DNA of 64,000 bases from an uncultured Candidatus Saccharibacteria bacterium (GTDB taxonomy: Bacteria > Patescibacteriota > Minisyncoccia > Phycocordibacterales > CAIZLB01): assembly GCA_964607805.1 (NCBI GenBank), contig CAZSLF010000001.1, positions 78,613-142,612 of the forward strand, given 5' to 3'. The notes under the pieces were generated by a model. It was not told where the DNA came from and did not search any database. It saw only the letters and a list, made by a program, of their open reading frames with translations. Every line of letters begins with the position of its first letter. Position 1 is the stretch's first letter. Both the position numbers and the translations under genes were made by a program. Positions 56,089-64,000 of the stretch are shown one piece after another.

Positions 56089-57930
56089 TTATTTACCACC
56101 CGACACCTTCACAAACTCCGTAAAAATAGGATGAGGATCAAGTGGACGAGCTAAAAATTCTGGATGGAATTGCACACCTAGGAAAAAAGGATGCTCACCC
56201 TTCCCTAATCCCTTACCATCTTTTCCTCTTGGCAACTCTGCAATTTCCATAAGCCGGCCATCTGGAGAAGTTCCTGAAAAAACCAAACCAGCTTGTTCAA
56301 TTTGATCAACATATCTAGGATTTACTTCATATCTATGTCTGTGTCGCTCGACAATAATATCAGCACCAGCTCTAGACAAGATTTTTCTGTCAACACCAGT
56401 GCCATAATTTTCTGGTGCAATATCGTCTAATCTTTTTCCAATTCTTCCCGCTTTTTTATACGCAGCATGTGCAATAGTTTTTGGAACCAAGATACATGGA
56501 AATCCTCCGAGACGCATTGAGGCACCGTACTTTCCTTCATTTAATAACTTTTTCTGATGATCCATAATATCTACAACCAAGTGAGGCGCAGTAGCGTCAA
56601 TTTCACTTGTCTGTGCCCCCTTAAGACCTACCATGTGACGAGCATACTCGATAACCATAAGCTGCATACCGTAACAAATACCAAAATATGGAATCTTATG
56701 CTCACGCGCATACTTGATTACTGAAATCTTTCCTTCAATTCCCGTCTCTCCAAATCCACCAGGGACAAGAATTCCATGAATCTTTGCAAACTTTTCTTTT
56801 AATTTCTTTTCAGTTGCTGCAGGTGACAATCCTTCAAACTGTTTTGAACTTTCCCAGTGCAATTTCAAATTTATTCCAAGTGAAAATGCTGAGAACTTAA
56901 GAGCTTCAATTACAGATACATATGCATCGGACAAAACAAAATCTCCTGTATCAAAATATTTTCCAACAACAGCAATATTTACAATTTTGCGTGCAGATTT
57001 TGCTTGCTTTGCTTTTGAAACAAAATTTTTCCATCCACTTAAATCAACTTTTTGTTGTTTGAGTCCCAAACTTTTTTCAACCATATCTCCGAACTTATCT
57101 CTTTCAAAATTAATTGGCACATCGTAAATACTATCTATATCTGGGGCCGAAATTACATTCTCCATTGGGACATTACAGGCAATTGCAATCTTTTCTTTCC
57201 TTCGCTGATCGATTGCTACGTCACTTCGGCCGATAATAAAATCTGGTTGAATACCATATGATTGAAGTTCACGAACAGCGTTTTGTGTTGGCTTCGATTT
57301 CATTTCTCCAATTTTGCTTGGAATTGGAAGATACGTAACCATAACAAAAAGAACGTTTCCTGGATTAGTAATTTTTAAATATCTCGCAGCTTCATAGAAC
57401 ATTACACTTTGATAATCACCAACTGTGCCTCCAATTTCCACAATTGTAATATCTGATTTCGCAACTTCACCTGAAGCTTTTATTCTCGAAGCGATTTCAT
57501 CTCGAATATGTGGAATTGCGTCCACACACTTGCCGCGATATTTTAGTGCGCGCTCTTTTTGAATTACATCAAGATATACCATGCCTCCAGTCATGTAATC
57601 AGCGTTAGTTAAATCACGATTTAAAAATCTCTCATAGTTCCCCATATCTTGATCAGTTTCAAGTCCGCTATTCATAACAAAAACCTCACCATGTTCGGTG
57701 GGGTTCATTGTTCCTGCATCAACATTTAAATAAGGGTCAGCCTTAGCGATATTTACTTGATATCCTTTTGATTGAAGAATGGTTCCAAGCGATGAAGTTG
57801 TAATTCCTTTTCCAACACCTGACATAACTCCTCCGACTACAAAAATATATTTATGTGCTGAGGACTCCTTCTTTTTTCCAACCTTTGTCTGTGCGACAGT
57901 TTTTGGAGAGTCATTTTTCTGAATTTTCAT
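56089..57930 (-). CDS. pyrG: CTP synthase
   Basis: 613 aa. KYIFVVGGVMSGVGKGITTSSLG, glutamine amidotransferase GICYGMQ and HRHRYEVN. Confidence 0.95.
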   Translation of the reverse strand: MKIQKNDSPKTVAQTKVGKKKESSAHKYIFVVGGVMSGVGKGITTSSLGTILQSKGYQVNIAKADPYLNVDAGTMNPTEHGEVFVMNSGLETDQDMGNYERFLNRDLTNADYMTGGMVYLDVIQKERALKYRGKCVDAIPHIRDEIASRIKASGEVAKSDITIVEIGGTVGDYQSVMFYEAARYLKITNPGNVLFVMVTYLPIPSKIGEMKSKPTQNAVRELQSYGIQPDFIIGRSDVAIDQRRKEKIAIACNVPMENVISAPDIDSIYDVPINFERDKFGDMVEKSLGLKQQKVDLSGWKNFVSKAKQAKSARKIVNIAVVGKYFDTGDFVLSDAYVSVIEALKFSAFSLGINLKLHWESSKQFEGLSPAATEKKLKEKFAKIHGILVPGGFGETGIEGKISVIKYAREHKIPYFGICYGMQLMVIEYARHMVGLKGAQTSEIDATAPHLVVDIMDHQKKLLNEGKYGASMRLGGFPCILVPKTIAHAAYKKAGRIGKRLDDIAPENYGTGVDRKILSRAGADIIVERHRHRYEVNPRYVDQIEQAGLVFSGTSPDGRLMEIAELPRGKDGKGLGKGEHPFFLGVQFHPEFLARPLDPHPIFTEFVKVSGGK

Positions 57931-58046
57931 GTTATCTAATTATAAATGATTTCCCACATTTTCAACTAGATGACAAAGGATAACTTTTATGGCGTTTTGG
58001 GTCCTCCAGAAATCCAGAACTCTACCAAAGTAAGTGAGTTTACATA

Positions 58047-58077
58047 GCAAAAACCCACCAATTGGTGGGTTTTTGCT
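58047..58077. terminator. intrinsic terminator after the giant gene
   Basis: agcaaaaacccacc aatt ggtgggtttttgct, a perfect palindrome. Confidence 0.8.
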
Positions 58078-58096
58078 AATTTCAATTTACTAGTCC

Positions 58097-61000
58097 TTAG
58101 TTTCCAATTCTAGCTCTTGAAATAGCTCCGAAGTAGCCTTGAGCTGGTGAGATACCAACTGCTGCTTGCCATCGTGATAGCGCTGACTGAGTAGCTGTTC
58201 CGAAGTATCCAGTATTGTTGTCAGCTGACAAGTAACCTCCTTCAATTAGGATAGCTTGCAGAGCTGAAACATCTGATCCACGAGAACCTATTGTGAGGTT
58301 TCGAGTGAATTTAGAGGCTGTCAGAGGGTCAATTACAGTGTTTGTAGGCGGCAAATATGGAGTTGGCACACTTGATCCTGTACCCTGCAATCTAGCTCTA
58401 GTAAGAGCTCCGAAGTAACCCTGAGCAGGTGATATTCCTACTGCTGCTTGCCATCGTGATAGCGCAGATTGAGTGGCAGGTCCGAAGTATGTTGTTTCGT
58501 TACCCACTGAACCGTTTCCACTTTGAGCAATTGTATATCCTTGTGAGTTTAGGAAGATTTGTAGTTGTCGTACATCTTCTCCTGTTGCTCCGATTGTTAG
58601 ATTTCTTGTGAATGTATAGTTTGTTAATACTGGCTGATTTGTTGATCCGCCTGCATTACTTCCTACATACACTGTACATCGCTGGCCATTTACTGAGCTG
58701 AAGATTTCTCCTGCTGCACATGTTACTGGTTGATTAGGATAAATAATCGTTGTACCTCCGCCTCCAGAAGAACTTCCTCCGCCGCCGCCGCCGCCACTTG
58801 TAACAGGTGGAGTTTCAGGAACTATTACTGGCGGAACTGTACCTTCAACTACTTCGTAGATAGAGAATCCAGTCACAGTGAACACAAGTGTTCCGTTTGT
58901 GAATGAATTAATTACACAAGCAGGCGCGCCACAAATCACTCCATCTTTCTTGATTGTAGGATTTGTCTCTGTAATACCGTATAGAGTAATAGTTGCTGGC
59001 TTATTTAATTCTGGTACAGAAGCAGAGATAAGTGTTACTTTATTTCTCTCAATCTTAAGGTTATTATCGATATCCATTTCAGTTGTCGATCTTGTAATAT
59101 CAACTGTTGTATTCCATCTAATTTTACCTATATTTGCTTTACCAAGTTCCAATAGAGGAACTGCATCTAGATCAATTTTAGCTGTATCAGGCTTGATATC
59201 GAAAGTAGAAACTAGAGGTTTAGGGCAACCGAATTCATTTACAACTGATTTAAGTGACAAAGGTGTTGCAGCACATCGATCCTTTGAATCTATTACACCA
59301 TCGCCATCAGTATCAACATTTGAAGGTGGAGTAACTATTATCAAGTTTGAGATATTGACAGTAAGACCGGTTGTTGCCTGTGTATTCCCAGCCGCATCTC
59401 GAGCTACCGCTGTTAATACATGCGATCCGTTTGTAGCGCTCGCAGAGTTCCATGAGATTGAATATGGAGATGACGTATCTTCTGATCCGATATTAACTCC
59501 ATCTAGTTTGAATTGAACTCCAGCAACTCCTACGTTGTCAGATGCTGTTGCTGAGAGTGTTACTGTGCCTGTTAGAGTTGACCCGACCGTAAATCCTGCT
59601 AGTGATACTGTTGGTTTTGTTGTATCACCTGGAATTACAACCGGTGGCACACCTCCTCCTGCAGCATTCATAATACCCTGAATTTCTGACTGAGTCAGAA
59701 CCTTATTGTATACTCGCAATTCATCAATATTTCCGTTGAAAGTATCAACAACATTTAGACACTTGATACCGATACATGTTCCTCTATTTCCATCGATAAC
59801 ATCTAGGAAAGGTGACGCGAACTGATTTGCAGGACCAGACTGAACACCATTTACATAGAATGTAACTTGACCTGCAGAGTTTCTTGTAACTGATACGAAG
59901 TTCCACTGATTAAGTTTAATTGAATCCTGAGCACTTCCTACAATTGGTGTTGCAAAGAAGTTATTTGTGAACTCTAGGTTATTAGTTCCAGATCTTACTC
60001 TGAAGGCACTAGCTCCACTGTAGATTATATCTCCTCGTCCATTTCCATAACTTGACCAATCTCTTGGATAGATCCAAGCAGTAATAGTTGTTGGATTCTT
60101 GCCGATTAGATCAAGCATGCCAGATGTCTTTTGCTCTGTATCTCTAACGTGAGCAAGATGAGTAGGTGCCCCGAATAGAAGTGATGATCCAGTTTTGCCC
60201 GGTGCCCATCCTAGACCGTTCTTAAGATGCGCATTGTTACCACTTCCACTTAGATCAGCGGCTACAGAACCTGCACCTTCGTCAAATGACCAGTGTGCAA
60301 TCAATCCTGATGCTGATGGAGGCGGTGGAACTGTTGTAGTTTTATCCAAGAAGTTTTCTGCTACCCATCCGTCAACACCTGATGCGAAGTTAATATTCCA
60401 CCAGATAAATCCACCAGTATTTGTTGGTCCTCCAATCACAGTACCTATTGCATTTAACGCCTGTGTTCCAGCAAGTGTTCCGTTTGCAGTTGATCGAACA
60501 TTTAGAGTTGTTGCATTTACTTTAACAGTGTCATTAATTGAGAATTTATTTGATGGTGTTACAACTGTATTGTTCGTAGTGATTGTTACATTTGCAGAAG
60601 TATTTGTATTCCCTGCTGCATCTCTTGCAACCGCTGTTAATACATGCGATCCGTTTGTAGCGCTCGCAGAGTTCCATGAGATTGAATATGGAGATGACGT
60701 ATCTTCTGATCCGATATTAACTCCATCTAGTTTGAATTGAACTCCAGCAACTCCTACGTTGTCAGATGCTGTTGCTGATAGTGTTACTGTGCCTGTTAGA
60801 GTTTGACCGTTTGTCGTACCTGATATTGCAACTGTCGGCTTAACAGTATCTGTTGATGCTGTACCACTACATGCATATGCACCTACGTGTCCACCTCCAG
60901 GTCCGCCTGTACAAAGTGGTGACCCTACTGCTGGAATAAATCCATCGTCAGATGTAAACAATTGCCCGTCTGACCCTGCTGCATTCAAGACATTTTTAAA

Positions 61001-64000
61001 CAATGGATTTCCTCCGTTAAGAGTACCGCTTGTTGCTTCTTTTCCGACGAAATCAGATTTTGCAGGGAAACCAGTTGCTGAAGGTCCTGATACGAAGTTA
61101 TGGTTTGGAGCTTCGGCCATAACCACACTTTGAGTAGAGTAAAATCCTCCAGTTGTTCTTGTCGGATCCCCAGTACTATTACCTACAAAGGCATTTGCTT
61201 TGATAATACTTCCGTCTGCAGAACCTTCCCCTGTACCACTAACAATTATTACTGGTCCCGCTGTTGCGTCAAACGCAGCATTGTAGAATGTATTATTTTG
61301 GAATACAGATTCAGGTCGGTGAATTGCACCTTGTCCTTCAATTCCTGAGAATACGTTATTTCTGAATATTGTTTTACTTGATGGCTGAGGAGGAGTTGTT
61401 AGTCCTGGAGCATATGCACCTATTGTCATGAATTGATTATCTACATTTTCAACGATATTGTATTCGAATACGTTATTAACTGATCCAATAGATGGGCTGC
61501 CGAAACTTCGGAATATTGAAGAGTAGAAGTCCCAAGATCCCGTACTATCACTATGCACAGCCCCGTCTCCTGGTGCACCAAATCCAGCATATCGAGGAGA
61601 ATTTCTTACATGGTTATATCTGAAAACATTGTTATTTCCTCCGAAAGTAAAGATCCACCATCCTGACATTCTTTCAATTATATTTCTTTCGAATACATGA
61701 TTTGATCCACTAATATTTACCGCAGCCCCTGTTATATTTGAGAACAAGTTTCCGCTAATTGTACAGTTATTTGCTGAGCCTGCACTTGATGTCAAGTTAA
61801 AGTCAATTCCCTTTACTCCCGATTTATCAATTCTTGTTACATATATAAGTGAGAATACTGGACCTTCTGTAACAAGAGTATCTGTGTCGATAAGAGTTAT
61901 AACTGTGTCTGTAACAGACTTAATAGTCTTAACTTTATCGTGATTCTGAATCCAGTTATTTATATCAGACGCAAGATAGATACTTGCCCCAGCTTCGAAT
62001 CCTGCCGCCAAAAAACCTCCTGCTGGGTTTCTAATAGTTCTAGTTGCTGCGTCAAAGTAATAATTAGTTGAACTTAGATAAATACCATCTCTAATTTTAT
62101 TATTCTTAACTTCACAGAAACTACCAGATGTTTCAACACTTACATGGGCAGGACTAAGACCTGCACCATATTTAGTCATGTCAAAGCCTTCAACTGTAAT
62201 GTACTGATTTTTGATTCTAATACCTTCAATAATCGCCATACCGTTAGCCTTAAACGTAATTCTATTACTTGCAGTTCCGCTATTCACAGTCTGAATAAAT
62301 TCAGGATAATTTCCTGGATAGACTAGACAAGTATCTCCTGCTACAGCTGCGTTTGCACAAGCTTGAATTGTTGCATACTCTTGTGTTGCTCCGGCAGTAT
62401 CATCTACACACTTAATATTTGCAGTTGAACAAGTTGCATCTGCAACAGCCCCAGTAGTTGTCAGAGTTACTCCTGCAGATGTATTCGTATTCCCAGCAGC
62501 ATCACGAGCGACTGCTGTGATTATATGAGAACCATTTGATACTGTTTTACTATCCCATGAGATTGAGTATGGAGAAGTTGTATCTTCTGATCCAATACTT
62601 GAACCATCAACCATAAATTGAACTCCAGTTACTGCAATATTGTCGGAAGCAGTTGCAGAAAGTGTGACAGTACTAGACACAGACTGACCTGAAGTAGGTG
62701 CTGTCATAGAAACTATCGGCTTTGTAGTGTCTGTTGTAGGTGTGGTGCCACCAACTTTTTCTATATAGGTTTCAGAAACCCATCCGTCCGCACCAGAATC
62801 AAAGTTTATATTCCACCAAGAATATCCGTCAGCAGAAACCGGGCCTGCAATTACTGATCCTTGATCACCAATATTATGCTGACCTGCAAGAGAACCTGAA
62901 ACTGAAGCTGTATTTCTAGTGTTTACACCTGTACCGTTTACCTTAACACGATCACCTGTCGTGAATTTAGTTGAAGGACCTGTTGATGGTGGATTAAATG
63001 TAGCTGTAATATTCTTTGCACCATCTACAGTGACCGTACAAGTTGTAGTTGTTCCTGAACAATTACCTCCCCATCCACCAAAAGCAGAACCACTTGTAGG
63101 TACAGCAGTAAGAACAACAGTAGTAGGAGATCCAAATGTTTCTGAACAATCTCCTCCACATAATAGACCTGTTCCTTTGACTTCCCCGGATCCAGTTCCT
63201 AATCTATTTATAGTAATAACATATGTAGTAACATTTGATGTTACTACATTTACACTTGCAGCTGTTGTAAGATTACCAGAAGGATCTTTAGCCGTTGCAG
63301 TAATCACGTGAGGACCGTTTGGAACTGTTGCACTATTCCATAGAGATCCATAAGGAGCAACTCTATCTTCATTTCCGACATTTATTCCATCCACCATAAA
63401 TCTAACGGCTGATATACCAATGTTATCAAGCGCGTTGGCTGTGAAATTGAAATTTCCAGTTAAAGTTTGACCGTTTACAGGTGAAGTAATATTAATAGTT
63501 GGAAAAACTGTGTCTACTGTAGGAGTAATAGGTGTACCAGGATCGGTTCCTACCGTTCCAGAATCACCTGTTGAAAATACTCGACTAGGATCACAACTAT
63601 ATGCTCCAATATCAGATCCTCCTACACCTTTACCACAAAGCGGGTGTAACGGGTCTGACGATGGCAATGGTTTTAGACCGTCATCAAGAGTAAATATTCT
63701 TCCATCTGGACCAAGTAAATCTGTAATACTTCTAAGCTTTGGGTCTCCACCGTTTTTACCGTTGGCTTCACAAAAAGCAAAAGATGTAAATATACCTTTG
63801 GCACATTTTGAAGGGGTACTAGGAAGACCAGGCTTAGCAGAATACCCAAGAGCAGCCGTGTTCGAAACATAGTTATAGTCTGCACGAGATGTTGCCAACA
63901 TACTTGCACTTAATACCTGAATTTTTTGAAGATTTTCAAATGCTAAGGCTTGGTAAGGCATATATGCTGGACTTAAAACTAATTGGGATACACTAGATAT
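58097..64000 (-). CDS. giant surface protein (over 1960 aa, N-terminus beyond window): Ig-like, SH3b-like, right-handed beta-helix, LamG and two peptidoglycan-binding domains
   Basis: The frame stays open upstream of the track ATG (63961) to the window edge. At least four Ig-like modules (TVTLSATASDN.GV.GVQF..DG..IGSEDTSSPYSISW...NGSH..TAVARDAAGNT). Beta-helix repeats in mid-protein. LamG (ITAWIYP...WNFVSVTR...IDELRVYN). C-terminal PG_binding_1-like pair. Confidence 0.85.
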   Translation of the reverse strand: MSSVSQLVLSPAYMPYQALAFENLQKIQVLSASMLATSRADYNYVSNTAALGYSAKPGLPSTPSKCAKGIFTSFAFCEANGKNGGDPKLRSITDLLGPDGRIFTLDDGLKPLPSSDPLHPLCGKGVGGSDIGAYSCDPSRVFSTGDSGTVGTDPGTPITPTVDTVFPTINITSPVNGQTLTGNFNFTANALDNIGISAVRFMVDGINVGNEDRVAPYGSLWNSATVPNGPHVITATAKDPSGNLTTAASVNVVTSNVTTYVITINRLGTGSGEVKGTGLLCGGDCSETFGSPTTVVLTAVPTSGSAFGGWGGNCSGTTTTCTVTVDGAKNITATFNPPSTGPSTKFTTGDRVKVNGTGVNTRNTASVSGSLAGQHNIGDQGSVIAGPVSADGYSWWNINFDSGADGWVSETYIEKVGGTTPTTDTTKPIVSMTAPTSGQSVSSTVTLSATASDNIAVTGVQFMVDGSSIGSEDTTSPYSISWDSKTVSNGSHIITAVARDAAGNTNTSAGVTLTTTGAVADATCSTANIKCVDDTAGATQEYATIQACANAAVAGDTCLVYPGNYPEFIQTVNSGTASNRITFKANGMAIIEGIRIKNQYITVEGFDMTKYGAGLSPAHVSVETSGSFCEVKNNKIRDGIYLSSTNYYFDAATRTIRNPAGGFLAAGFEAGASIYLASDINNWIQNHDKVKTIKSVTDTVITLIDTDTLVTEGPVFSLIYVTRIDKSGVKGIDFNLTSSAGSANNCTISGNLFSNITGAAVNISGSNHVFERNIIERMSGWWIFTFGGNNNVFRYNHVRNSPRYAGFGAPGDGAVHSDSTGSWDFYSSIFRSFGSPSIGSVNNVFEYNIVENVDNQFMTIGAYAPGLTTPPQPSSKTIFRNNVFSGIEGQGAIHRPESVFQNNTFYNAAFDATAGPVIIVSGTGEGSADGSIIKANAFVGNSTGDPTRTTGGFYSTQSVVMAEAPNHNFVSGPSATGFPAKSDFVGKEATSGTLNGGNPLFKNVLNAAGSDGQLFTSDDGFIPAVGSPLCTGGPGGGHVGAYACSGTASTDTVKPTVAISGTTNGQTLTGTVTLSATASDNVGVAGVQFKLDGVNIGSEDTSSPYSISWNSASATNGSHVLTAVARDAAGNTNTSANVTITTNNTVVTPSNKFSINDTVKVNATTLNVRSTANGTLAGTQALNAIGTVIGGPTNTGGFIWWNINFASGVDGWVAENFLDKTTTVPPPPSASGLIAHWSFDEGAGSVAADLSGSGNNAHLKNGLGWAPGKTGSSLLFGAPTHLAHVRDTEQKTSGMLDLIGKNPTTITAWIYPRDWSSYGNGRGDIIYSGASAFRVRSGTNNLEFTNNFFATPIVGSAQDSIKLNQWNFVSVTRNSAGQVTFYVNGVQSGPANQFASPFLDVIDGNRGTCIGIKCLNVVDTFNGNIDELRVYNKVLTQSEIQGIMNAAGGGVPPVVIPGDTTKPTVSLAGFTVGSTLTGTVTLSATASDNVGVAGVQFKLDGVNIGSEDTSSPYSISWNSASATNGSHVLTAVARDAAGNTQATTGLTVNISNLIIVTPPSNVDTDGDGVIDSKDRCAATPLSLKSVVNEFGCPKPLVSTFDIKPDTAKIDLDAVPLLELGKANIGKIRWNTTVDITRSTTEMDIDNNLKIERNKVTLISASVPELNKPATITLYGITETNPTIKKDGVICGAPACVINSFTNGTLVFTVTGFSIYEVVEGTVPPVIVPETPPVTSGGGGGGGSSSGGGGTTIIYPNQPVTCAAGEIFSSVNGQRCTVYVGSNAGGSTNQPVLTNYTFTRNLTIGATGEDVRQLQIFLNSQGYTIAQSGNGSVGNETTYFGPATQSALSRWQAAVGISPAQGYFGALTRARLQGTGSSVPTPYLPPTNTVIDPLTASKFTRNLTIGSRGSDVSALQAILIEGGYLSADNNTGYFGTATQSALSRWQAAVGISPAQGYFGAISRARIGN
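59407..59579. repeat. 173-bp in-frame repeat, copy 1 (Ig-like module)
   Basis: Identical to 60631-60803 except for one base (g/t at 59554 vs 60778). Offset 1224 bp. Confidence 0.9.
60631..60803. repeat. 173-bp in-frame repeat, copy 2
   Basis: See copy 1. Flanking sequence of both modules is homologous but diverged. Confidence 0.9.

Noticed and set aside
59407-60803. Possible CRISPR-like or tandem repeat array
   Set aside because: There are only two copies, 1224 bp apart. They are in frame inside a coding region and correspond to protein domain modules. No short regular repeat-spacer structure occurs anywhere in the window.
58878-63872. Long plus-strand ORFs antisense to the giant gene (58878..59516, 60195..60740, 62919..63311, 63510..63872), and similar ones antisense to the NHL gene
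   Set aside because: These are shadow ORFs produced by the repetitive, codon-biased Thr/Gly/Ser/Val-rich coding sequence on the minus strand. Two of them even share identical peptides because of the 173-bp repeat.
1-64000. Alternative genetic code (UGA recoding, as in some CPR lineages)
   Set aside because: Long conserved genes (pyrG, rnj, murJ, the giant proteins) are intact under the standard code with no in-frame TGA interruptions.

Overview
AT-rich bacterial chromosome segment, roughly one-third G+C by eye (not computed). Coding is dense and mostly on the minus strand. Gene content resembles a Candidate Phyla Radiation / Patescibacteria-type genome: many small membrane-anchored hypothetical proteins, a pilin-like LamG protein, and two giant surface proteins (NHL-repeat; Ig-like/beta-helix/LamG) that end in peptidoglycan-binding modules. 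Shine-Dalgarno sites are almost absent. Recognisable housekeeping genes: pyrG, RNase J, secG, murJ, mscL, htpX, lemA, lexA, an RNase P RNA and tRNA-Arg(CCT). Functional modules: (1) a Fur-family (Zur-like) regulator, ZIP transporter, glutaredoxin and FKBP operon with palindromic operator boxes, divergent from DsbB/DsbA/MscL; (2) an FMN-binding protein, ApbE flavin transferase and an RnfD/NqrB-FNR fusion protein, a candidate extracytosolic electron-transfer module; (3) an SOS unit (small ORF, lexA, EVE-domain gene) driven by a promoter with a perfect GAAC-N4-GTTC box in its spacer; (4) an ECF-type sigma factor with a putative anti-sigma; (5) MerR/TipAS, GyrI-like and cupin genes. Main unexplained features: two long perfect hairpins upstream of the SOS promoter whose 23-nt loops are reverse complements of each other; six single-gene stretches plus one non-coding stretch that are visibly G+C-richer than the backbone, most of the gene-bearing ones with predicted promoters and GC-rich terminators of their own; many genes with a -10 box 6-9 nt from the start codon, suggesting leaderless mRNAs; a long structured leader upstream of a MarR gene; and near-identical in-frame repeats in the giant adhesin gene. 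No CRISPR array, transposase, integrase or recognisable defence system was found. All function calls rest on motif-level reading of the translations, not on database searches.
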